Assembly (NCBI GenBank): GCA_039588275.1
Contig: JBDHAC010000057.1
Location: 1 to 37,622 of the forward strand
DNA: 37,622 nucleotides
Source of the DNA: Gemmatimonadota bacterium
GTDB taxonomy: Bacteria; Gemmatimonadota; Gemmatimonadetes; Palauibacterales; Palauibacteraceae
Reading direction: 5' to 3'
The notes beneath the pieces are model-generated. The model worked only from the letters and a program-made list of their open reading frames with translations. It had not been told where the DNA came from and searched no databases. This document shows, piece after piece, positions 9,428 through 17,392 of the stretch. The position numbers and the translations under genes are program-made. Numbering within the stretch: position 1 is the first letter of the stretch; each line of letters begins with the position of its first letter.

Positions 9428-9632
9428 GGCACCTCTCCTTCTCGAGGGTGAAACGCCACAGGCAGTCAAATCTGCCCCGCGGCGGCGGGTTCGTGATTCG
9501 CCAGCCTACGGGGGCGGAGCGGCGATTGTCCACGGGGTGCACATCCCATGACCTCATCGAGGGGGTGCCACCCCCGAATGGAAGGCGTGCTTCACGAGCC
9601 GTCGAAATCCAACAACAGATGCTGGTTGAACG

Positions 9633-11807
9633 ATGAATAAGGTTGAACGTCCACGGCTTCAGCGCTGCCTGGCGACGCTGGCCGTCATCGCACTCTTCGC
9701 CGTTCCCCCGCAGGGGTCGGCAGGAGCACTCGCCGTGTTTTCGGGCGCGGGCTCGCTGTCCGCGACGGTCGTCGCGCAGCAGGACGGCGGACCGTTGACC
9801 CCCGAAGACGTCGTGCGTATCCGCAGCGTGGGTCAGGTGGTCGTCTCACCTGCCGGAAGCCACGTGGCCTTCACGCTCTCGGTCCCGAGGGTGCCGTTCC
9901 AGGATGAGGACGGCCCCGCATGGGCTGAGCTGCATGTGCTCGACGTGGCCTCAGGCGGGTCGCGCACGTTCGTCGGGGGACAGGTGAACGTCTCGGGTAT
10001 CGACTGGACACCCGATGGGACGACCATCACCTACCGCGCCCGCCGCCCCGGAGATGACCGCACCTCGCTGTACGCGATCGCCCTCTCGGGAGGGGAATCG
10101 AAGAAGGTGCTCGAGCACGAGACGAGCATCGGCGCCTATTCGCTGAGCCCAGATGGCTCACAAATCGCCTTTCTTGCCACCGAACCCTCGAACCCACGCT
10201 ACGCGGAGCTCGCGGAACAGGGGGTGAAGACCGAGGTCTACGAGGAAGAACTGCGCTTCTCGCGTGTATGGATCGCCCCGATCGACCTGATGGGCGCCGC
10301 CAGCGCGGTGAGCACCACCGGGCCCGCTCGCCAGCTCCCCATCGAGGGCCACGTGAGCGCCATCGAGTGGGCGCCGAGCGGCGAGCGGCTGGCCGTGGTC
10401 GTCGCCCCGACCCCGCTCGTGGATGACTCTTACATGCTGAGGCGGGTCAGGGTCGTGGACGCGCAGAGCGGTACCGTCCTCGCGCGCATCGAGAATCCCG
10501 GCAAGCTGGGTCAGGTCGCCTGGAGCCCCGATGGAGAGCACCTCGCCATGGTGTCGGCGGAAGACATCAGCGACCCGATGCAAGGCCGCCTGATGGTCGT
10601 TCCCTCGCGCGGCGGCGACCTGGTCGACCTCGTCCCGGGCTACGAAGGGCACATGCGTGACCTGTACTGGCAGGACGCGGGCACGCTCACGTACCTGGCG
10701 GCCCAGGGCGTGTACACGGCCGTGGCCGAGGTGGCGATCGATGGCTCCGGTCGACGGACCCTGATCGAGCCGGGCGGCACCATTCTCGCCGGGCTGAGCG
10801 TCTCGCGAGACGGACGCACGTTCGCGTTCTCCGGCGACACCCAGGCGCATCCGAACGAGGTGTTCGTGGCCAGCGCCGGCGGTGCGCCGACGCGCATGAC
10901 CGACAGCAATCCCTGGCTCGCGGCCAGGCAGTTGGCGCGACAGGAAATGGTCGAGTGGGAGGCACGTGATGGCCTGCGCGTCGAGGGACTGCTGGTCCAT
11001 CCGCTGGACGAGCGCTCGGGCGAGCGCTATCCACTGATCGTCACGGTGCACGGAGGGCCGGAGTCCCACTACGATCAGGGTTGGCTGACCTCGTATTCGA
11101 TGCCGGGACAGGTCGCGGCGGGGCGCGGATTCGCCGTGTTCTATCCCAACTACCGCGCCAGCACGGGACGCGGCGTCGAGTTCAGCAAGATGGACCACGA
11201 GGACACGGCGGGCGGCGAGTTCGACGACATCGTCGACGGCGTGGATTACCTGATCGACACGGGTCTCGTCGACCGCGACCGCGTCGGAGTGACGGGTGGC
11301 TCCTACGGCGGATACGCCACGGCGTGGCTCACCACGCGCTACAGCGACCGCTTTGCAGCCGGGGTGATGTTCGTCGGAATCAGCAACCAGATCTCCAAGG
11401 TCGGCACGAGTGACATCCCGAACGAGATGTACGAGGTCCACCAGCGACTTCGGCCATGGGACGACTGGGAGTTCTTCCTCGATCGCAGCCCGATCTACTG
11501 GGCGGGTCAGTCGAAGACGCCGCTCCTGATCGCGCACGGCAAGGAGGACCCGCGCGTATATCCGGGCCAGTCGATGGAGATGTACCGGAACCTGAAGCTG
11601 CGTGGCGAGGCGCCGGTGCGGCTCATCTGGTATCCGGGTGAGGGACACGGAAACCGAAACGCGGGGGCGCGCTACGATTACAGCCTTCGCCAGCTGCGCT
11701 GGATGGAGCACTACCTGGTGGGCCCCGGGGGTGAGAAGCCTCCGTTCGAGATCGAGTATCCGCTCGAGAAGAAAGAGCCCGCGAAGGTGTCGGTGCTGCC
11801 TCAATAA
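9633..11807 (+). CDS. S9 family peptidase (dipeptidyl/acylaminoacyl peptidase), exported
   Basis: Signal peptide and PD40-like propeller repeats (WSPDG). 'VHGGPE', nucleophile 'GGSYGG', Asp 'EDPRV', His 'EGHG'. Confidence 0.93.
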   Translation: MNKVERPRLQRCLATLAVIALFAVPPQGSAGALAVFSGAGSLSATVVAQQDGGPLTPEDVVRIRSVGQVVVSPAGSHVAFTLSVPRVPFQDEDGPAWAELHVLDVASGGSRTFVGGQVNVSGIDWTPDGTTITYRARRPGDDRTSLYAIALSGGESKKVLEHETSIGAYSLSPDGSQIAFLATEPSNPRYAELAEQGVKTEVYEEELRFSRVWIAPIDLMGAASAVSTTGPARQLPIEGHVSAIEWAPSGERLAVVVAPTPLVDDSYMLRRVRVVDAQSGTVLARIENPGKLGQVAWSPDGEHLAMVSAEDISDPMQGRLMVVPSRGGDLVDLVPGYEGHMRDLYWQDAGTLTYLAAQGVYTAVAEVAIDGSGRRTLIEPGGTILAGLSVSRDGRTFAFSGDTQAHPNEVFVASAGGAPTRMTDSNPWLAARQLARQEMVEWEARDGLRVEGLLVHPLDERSGERYPLIVTVHGGPESHYDQGWLTSYSMPGQVAAGRGFAVFYPNYRASTGRGVEFSKMDHEDTAGGEFDDIVDGVDYLIDTGLVDRDRVGVTGGSYGGYATAWLTTRYSDRFAAGVMFVGISNQISKVGTSDIPNEMYEVHQRLRPWDDWEFFLDRSPIYWAGQSKTPLLIAHGKEDPRVYPGQSMEMYRNLKLRGEAPVRLIWYPGEGHGNRNAGARYDYSLRQLRWMEHYLVGPGGEKPPFEIEYPLEKKEPAKVSVLPQ

Positions 11808-11909
11808 CGACGCTCACCGACGCGGTAGCGGCCTGCCGCAGCGGTAACGGCCTCCTGCTACGGGAGCGCGACTCTCGCTGCCCAAGTCGCGAGCGTCCTC
11901 AGGATGAGA

Positions 11910-11947
11910 ACGGGCCCGGCCTTCGCTCACTGCGGGGCCGGGCCCGT
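11910..11947. terminator. GC-rich hairpin between convergent genes
   Basis: ACGGGCCCGGCCTTCGC-TCACT-GCGGGGCCGGGCCCGT. 12-bp perfect outer stem extended by G:U pairs; no strong U tract. Confidence 0.5.
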
Positions 11948-11986
11948 GTCCGGTCCGGCCAACCGACTCTCGGCCCGTGCTTGCTA

Positions 11987-13348
11987 CTAGAAGCTGGCCG
12001 GGGGCCGGAATGGCAGCAACACGGAGTGATTCGTGCGCTCGAAGAAGATCACCACGTCGTAAAGAGAGGGCAGCTGCAGGGGCATGATGTGAGTCGAGGG
12101 GTTCGAGACGTTCAGACAGCAGCCGATCTCGCGAAAGGCGCGCGCGCCCGCGAGCCATTGCGTCGCGGGCGTGTCGAACGCCACGCCTCGCAGATCGAGG
12201 AGGAAGCGCTCTGCATCGGCCGCCCTGAAATGGGCCTCGTAACTGTCGGCAGGCGGCCGGGGCATCGCTGTCGGGCCGAGGGGCCCGGGGGGATTGAGTT
12301 GTACTGCCGTTGCCGTCCCCTGCCAGAAGCTGAAAGCGAGGTTGACATAGTCATCGCCAAGCTCGCGGCGCAGGTGACCCCCTTGCGACGAGGGGAAGCG
12401 GTCGGAGATGTGGAAGTTGTGCGCCCACACCACCAACTTCGTGCCCGGGCCCAGGTGATCCAGGATCCACAGAGTGTTCTGCGCCATGTGATAATCCCGC
12501 GCCGCGAATGTCCGGCTCGCACCCATGTCCTCGAATTGGATCACCGTGCGTAGACTCTGCAGCGCATGCTCGAATGCGTGCTCGGATGAGGCGGCGATGA
12601 GCTCGTCGCGCCGCTGCAGCAAGTAGTCGAACAGGGCTTCGAGTGCGGCCCGACACATGTTCTGGAACTGCGCCGTCTGGTTCTCGTAGTCTCTTTTATT
12701 GCCTGAACCATCCGGGCCATTGGCGAACGGAAGCATGCAAGCGAGCTGCTCGGAGGCGAACGTCAGCGCCGCCGGATCGATCGCCCGCAGGAATTCTTCC
12801 ACGTTGTGGATCCCCATGCCGGGGAACTGCATGTCGAAACCGACGAAGCTGACAGGGCGAGGGATGCCCGGCGTCTGGTTGTACGCCCGGACCCACAGGA
12901 GCATGTCCATCACTTCCTGCGTGCGCCACGTCCAGAAGTATTGGCCGGAGAGCAGCACCTCCGGGTCTCCGACGCCCGTATGCACGAAATCGTCGATCCG
13001 ATTCAGCTCGGGCCAGCTCGCCTCGATCGCGAACGCGTTGAAGTCCATCTCCTGAACCAGGAAGCGCAGCACCCGGTCCTTCATTCGGAAGAACTCTCGC
13101 GTGCCGTGAGTCGCCTCCCCAAGCGCCACGACCTGGGCGTCACCGATCATCACCTTCAGCGGCTCCAGGTCCGAGAAATCGTCATCCGCCACATCGGTCC
13201 GGAAGGGCACGACCGTCTGGTTGAGCCACGCGATGGCGTCGGGGTGGATGATTGGAGGGGCGTCGTTCGGTGGAGCGGCCGCATCGGAGCCGCAAGCCGG
13301 CGCACCGAGTAAGAGGGGGAGCGACCAGAGAGCCCTTTTGATGCGCAT
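11987..13348 (-). CDS. Erythromycin esterase (Ere/ChaN-like) family protein, lipoprotein
   Basis: 'ALGEATHGTREFF', 'FAIEAS', 'GFDMQ', 'RDYHMAQN' and 'VVWAHNFHI'. Lipobox-like 'GAPAC'. Confidence 0.92.
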   Translation of the reverse strand: MRIKRALWSLPLLLGAPACGSDAAAPPNDAPPIIHPDAIAWLNQTVVPFRTDVADDDFSDLEPLKVMIGDAQVVALGEATHGTREFFRMKDRVLRFLVQEMDFNAFAIEASWPELNRIDDFVHTGVGDPEVLLSGQYFWTWRTQEVMDMLLWVRAYNQTPGIPRPVSFVGFDMQFPGMGIHNVEEFLRAIDPAALTFASEQLACMLPFANGPDGSGNKRDYENQTAQFQNMCRAALEALFDYLLQRRDELIAASSEHAFEHALQSLRTVIQFEDMGASRTFAARDYHMAQNTLWILDHLGPGTKLVVWAHNFHISDRFPSSQGGHLRRELGDDYVNLAFSFWQGTATAVQLNPPGPLGPTAMPRPPADSYEAHFRAADAERFLLDLRGVAFDTPATQWLAGARAFREIGCCLNVSNPSTHIMPLQLPSLYDVVIFFERTNHSVLLPFRPPASF

Positions 13349-13580
13349 GAGAACACCCTCGATGCTCTGAAGCTAGATCGAGCGTCCGTCCGCGTCGAGG
13401 CTCGCCACGTGCACGGATTCCGTGCCCTTGAGCGCATACTTGAACGCACCGGCAACCGGGCCAGACGTGCGTCGCGGCGTGTCATGGGAAAGACGGCCCT
13501 CCAGTCTTGCCCGTCACGTCAAACGGCAACCAGCTTATGCAGGTCGCACACGCCCGAAACCTGTTCGGAGGAGAAATCCG

Positions 13581-14347
13581 GTGGCAGTAACGGTCAGGAT
13601 CTCAGTATGTCTCGCGGGTATGGCGCTCGTCGCTTGCCAGGCGCCTCCTTCAGATCCCGCTTCTGACTCCGGCGCCGGGGTCGCCGCTGCCTTCGACGGG
13701 TCCGGTGGGCGCTGGGTGGATCTCAGCTATGCATACTCGGACGAGACCATCTACTGGCCAACCGACACGCTGGGCTTCGAGCTCCAGGAACTCGCGTACG
13801 GTGATACGGACGGCGGCTACTTCTACAGCGCCTATCGCTTCGACACGGCCGAGCACGGCGGGACCCATCTGGACGCTCCCATCCACTTCTCTCGTGAGGG
13901 CCAGGCTGCCGACGAGATCCCGATCGAGAGACTCATCGGTCCGGCGGTGGTGCTCGACGTCAGCGACCGCGCGACCCCCGATTACCTGGTCAACGTGGCC
14001 GACCTGGAAGCGTTCGAGCGCGAGCACGGTCCGATCCCGGGCGATGCGATCCTCCTGATTCGGACGGGTTGGGGCGATCGCTGGCCAAATCGCGGGGAGT
14101 ATCTCGGGACACAGGCGGTCGGGCCGGAAGCGGTACCCGACCTGCATTTCCCGGGGCTGCACGCCGATGCCGCCCGTTGGCTGGTGGAAGACCGATCGGT
14201 GGCCGCGGTCGGGATCGACACGCCCAGCATCGACTACGGGCAGTCTACCGACTTCGCATCACACATCGTGCTTTACGGTGCGAACATCCCCGGATCGCGG
14301 GTGGGAGCGGGGGGCCGGTCCGGATCGTCGCGTTCATCCCCGGCTGA
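13581..14347 (+). pseudogene. Cyclase/kynurenine formamidase (KynB-like) lipoprotein, disrupted by internal deletion and frameshift near 14293
   Basis: GGAGGAG RBS, GTG start, lipobox 'LVAC', 'HGGTHLDAPIH' and 'GIDTPSIDYG'. After 'NIPG', the conserved terminus 'IAGGSGGPVRIVAFIPG*' is in another frame (14294-14347), and the usual 'xENxxNL..LP....ALPMK' segment is absent. Confidence 0.8.
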
Positions 14348-14405
14348 GCTGCGATCGAGAGGCCTGGCTTCGACCTTCGGTGAAACGAGTTGATCCGGAT
14401 CGAGG

Positions 14406-15701
14406 TTAGCGTGAGCCGCCGGGCAGCCCGTCTTCCAGGAGGTCGAAGAAAACGGCCGCCATCGTCCGCGCGCCCACGAAGATTCCCTCCTCGTCGGCGA
14501 CGTAGTCCGGGCTGTGCGGCATCCCGACCCACCCCTTCTCGGAGTTGGACACTCCGAGGAAGTACATGACCCCGGGCACCTCCTCCTGGAACGAGCCGAA
14601 GTCCTCGCTGAACAGCGGCGACATCGTCTCCAGCATCAGGACGGCCTCGTCCCCGAGCACGGACCGCGCGGAGGCGTTCGCCGCCTCGACGAGATCGGGG
14701 TCGTTCGTCACACCGGCGATGAAGCGCTCTCCGTACTCGAGGTTCAACGTAAGCTCCTCGCGCTCGAGGTCGGCGAGACCACCCTCGATCGCGCGCAGTG
14801 CCTCCCGGCTAGCCTCGAGGCTGGAGGTCGTTATCGTGGCTCGCACCTGCCACCCACCCGACTGTGGGTCTCGGGCGGCGCGGGCGCCCTGCACGAGCAC
14901 GAAATCGCCTGCGACCGGGCTCGTGGCCTCCTCGGGGGCGACCGTTCCCGTTCCGCGGACCACTTCCCGGACAGCCCGAGCAACCGACTCGAGGTCACCC
15001 TTGCCACGGATCTCCACACGGACGGCGTCGCGACCGGGCATCAGCGTGCGGGAGGCGGTGGCGATCTGCCCGACCTCGAACGGGGTGGTGTGATAGGCGA
15101 AGACCGCGTCGGGCACCTCATCGGCGAAGGCGCCGTCGGCCAGCATCGTCCGGGCGCCTCTCGCGGACTCCTCAGCCGGCTGGAAGATCAACATCACCGA
15201 CCCCGGCAGCCGTTCGCGCACGGACGCGAACCCCTCGGCGAGGGCGAGGCCGATGGTCGTGTGGACATCGTGCCCACAGATGTGACGGACACCCTCGATC
15301 TCCGATCGGAACTCCACGGGATCCGGCGCGCTCGACCGGACCGCGTCCATATCGGCACGGAAGGCCAGAAGGGGGCCCGCCTCGGCGCCGCGCAGGACAC
15401 CCACCACGCCATGGCCACCGACGCCGGTCCTCACCTCGAAGCCAACCGCCCTCAACCGATCAGCGACGATGCCGGCCGTGCGCTCCTCCTGCCCGGAAAT
15501 CTCCGGGTGACGGTGGATGTCCCGGCGGACGTCGATCAGCTCCGCGCGAAGGTCTTGCACGCGCTCGACGAAGCTCGAAAGCAGGTCGGCTTCCTGCACG
15601 GTCGGTCCTTCCTGCGCGTCGTCTCCGGTCTGGGCGACCAACGGGAGACTGACGAAGAGAATGAGCGCGATGGATACGAGGACAAACCTGCGTGCGTTCA
15701 C
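14406..15701 (-). CDS. M20D amidohydrolase with signal peptide
   Basis: 'RRDIHRHPE', 'RADMDA', 'HICGHDVH', 'FQPAEE', 'SEDF' and 'HSPDY'. GGAG RBS, GTG 15701, signal peptide ending 'LVAQ'. Confidence 0.92.
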   Translation of the reverse strand: MNARRFVLVSIALILFVSLPLVAQTGDDAQEGPTVQEADLLSSFVERVQDLRAELIDVRRDIHRHPEISGQEERTAGIVADRLRAVGFEVRTGVGGHGVVGVLRGAEAGPLLAFRADMDAVRSSAPDPVEFRSEIEGVRHICGHDVHTTIGLALAEGFASVRERLPGSVMLIFQPAEESARGARTMLADGAFADEVPDAVFAYHTTPFEVGQIATASRTLMPGRDAVRVEIRGKGDLESVARAVREVVRGTGTVAPEEATSPVAGDFVLVQGARAARDPQSGGWQVRATITTSSLEASREALRAIEGGLADLEREELTLNLEYGERFIAGVTNDPDLVEAANASARSVLGDEAVLMLETMSPLFSEDFGSFQEEVPGVMYFLGVSNSEKGWVGMPHSPDYVADEEGIFVGARTMAAVFFDLLEDGLPGGSR

Positions 15702-15814
15702 ACGGACCTCTCCACTTCGAGCATAGGGGGTGCCGCAACCCGGCAATTAAGAACACTCCGAGGCGAGCCCGAGGTTCCTCCGGAGAGCGGGTGGTGTGGG
15801 GTCAGCTGGAACGG

Positions 15815-16306
15815 CTAGCCGTCGGCCAGGGTCCGGCGCAGATAGCCCGCCACGTCCGTGACGAATCGATGGATGGAGGACTCCGCGATGCGATGCCCGA
15901 CCGCCGCGTCGAGCGCGCTTCCCAGGGGTCCCAGAGGAGGATCGTAGGCTCCCAAGAAGTCGAGCTGCGTCTCCTTTCCCGTGAGGGGGTACACGGCCAG
16001 CGTCCCCTTCATCTCGGGGAATAGGCGCGGGTTTTTCGCGGCCTCCCACTCGATGCGCAGCCGAGTGCGCCGCTCCGACGGCAGCCCCCCCTGCTCCTCG
16101 TCGATCTCCGTCACCGCGATCGCGATCTCCGCTCCGATCTCGATCCCCGCGATGTTCACGCGCAGACCGGCCGCTACGTCATGCGCCCGCGAGGCGGCGG
16201 CCCGCGTCGCGTTTCGGAAGATCTCGTCCGCGCCGGCCAACAGCGCTTCCCGCACGCGGTCGTAAGGGTGGTTGACGTAATCGAAAGCGCGGACGTCGTG
16301 ACTCAT
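15815..16306 (-). CDS. Hypothetical protein, possibly START/SRPBCC-like fold
   Basis: Clean coding pattern from MSHDVRAF. 'LFPEMKGTL...GAYDPPLGPLG..LD...HRIAE' with a C-terminal helix. The fold is inferred. Confidence 0.7.
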   Translation of the reverse strand: MSHDVRAFDYVNHPYDRVREALLAGADEIFRNATRAAASRAHDVAAGLRVNIAGIEIGAEIAIAVTEIDEEQGGLPSERRTRLRIEWEAAKNPRLFPEMKGTLAVYPLTGKETQLDFLGAYDPPLGPLGSALDAAVGHRIAESSIHRFVTDVAGYLRRTLADG

Positions 16307-16461
16307 GCCCTTCACCCTGGTCTCAGGCTCGAGGTGTTCGAAGCGGTCGCGGTGAACGAGCGGGAGGCGACCGAGCTCCCCCAAGGCCCGGAGGCATCCC
16401 ATGCCTCGATGCCGCCAATCTAGTCCGAGCTACGGGGGACCCGTCAATTCGCCCGTCGCTT

Positions 16462-16490
16462 TTGACAGCATCTGGTGCGACGAATACCGT
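16462..16490 (+). promoter_or_regulatory. Sigma70-type promoter for the sdh operon
   Basis: TTGACA (16462-16467), 17-nt spacer, TACCGT (16485-16490), about 65 nt upstream of the anchor gene ATG. Confidence 0.6.
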
Positions 16491-16554
16491 GTTTCGATTC
16501 GGAGAACAGGTCCCGTGACCACGCCTCATGCGGACGCGTACAGGAGCGGTGCGA

Positions 16555-17355
16555 ATGCCGCCAAGCGAGGTTCTCTCGCCCCGGCCGTTCGGCCACACGC
16601 AGCGCAAGGACGTGTGGTGGATCCAGCCGCTCGGAGTCTTTCTGGGGCTGGGTGCGTTCATCGTCTACTCTACTTGGGCGGCGCTCCAGGGGACCCACTA
16701 CACGGCCGGTCCCTACCTCTCGCCCTTCTACTCTCCCGAGCTCCTGGGCACGTCGCACCATGCCTGGTTCGGGCCGCCACCTACCTGGTGGCCCGGCTGG
16801 CTCCCGTTCTCACCGGCGATCCTGATACTGTGGGCGCCGGCCGGATTCCGGCTCACGTGCTACTATTATCGAGGTGCCTACTACAAAGCGTTCTGGGCCG
16901 ATCCACCCGCGTGCACGGTCGGCGAACCGCGTAAGGGATACCGGGGCGAGCGCTCGTTCCCCCTCATCATCCAGAACGTGCACCGCTACTTTCTCTACCT
17001 CGCCCTCGTCTTCCTCGTCATCCTCTCGTACGACGTTTGGAAAGCCCTCTGGTTCACGGATCCCGCCACGGGCGAGACGTCGTTCGGTCTGGGTCTCGGC
17101 ACGCTGGTCCTCGCCACGAACGTCGTACTGCTGGGCGGCTACACGCTCGGCTGCCACTCCCTACGCCACCTGGTCGGGGGAGTCAGGGACGTCATCACGC
17201 GCTCCCCTTCGCGCTTCGCGGCGTATCGCTGTGTGAGCTGCCTCAATCGCGTGCACATGCGCTGGGCGTGGGCGAGCCTGTTCTGGGTAGGGTTCACGGA
17301 CCTCTACGTGCGGCTGGTCTCGACGGGGGTGTTGAGCGACTGGAGGATCCTCTGA
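16555..17355 (+). CDS. Sdh1-type succinate dehydrogenase membrane anchor (Rv0249c/SdhF-like)
   Basis: 'SPFYSP', 'FRLTCYYYRGAYYKAFWADPPAC', 'QNVHRY', 'GCHSLRHLVGG' and 'VHMRWAW'. Multiple TM helices, AGGAG RBS, first gene before sdhA/sdhB. Confidence 0.88.
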   Translation: MPPSEVLSPRPFGHTQRKDVWWIQPLGVFLGLGAFIVYSTWAALQGTHYTAGPYLSPFYSPELLGTSHHAWFGPPPTWWPGWLPFSPAILILWAPAGFRLTCYYYRGAYYKAFWADPPACTVGEPRKGYRGERSFPLIIQNVHRYFLYLALVFLVILSYDVWKALWFTDPATGETSFGLGLGTLVLATNVVLLGGYTLGCHSLRHLVGGVRDVITRSPSRFAAYRCVSCLNRVHMRWAWASLFWVGFTDLYVRLVSTGVLSDWRIL

Positions 17356-17392
17356 GGAGTCCGGTGCGGAGTCCCGGTCCCGTGCGCCTCCC

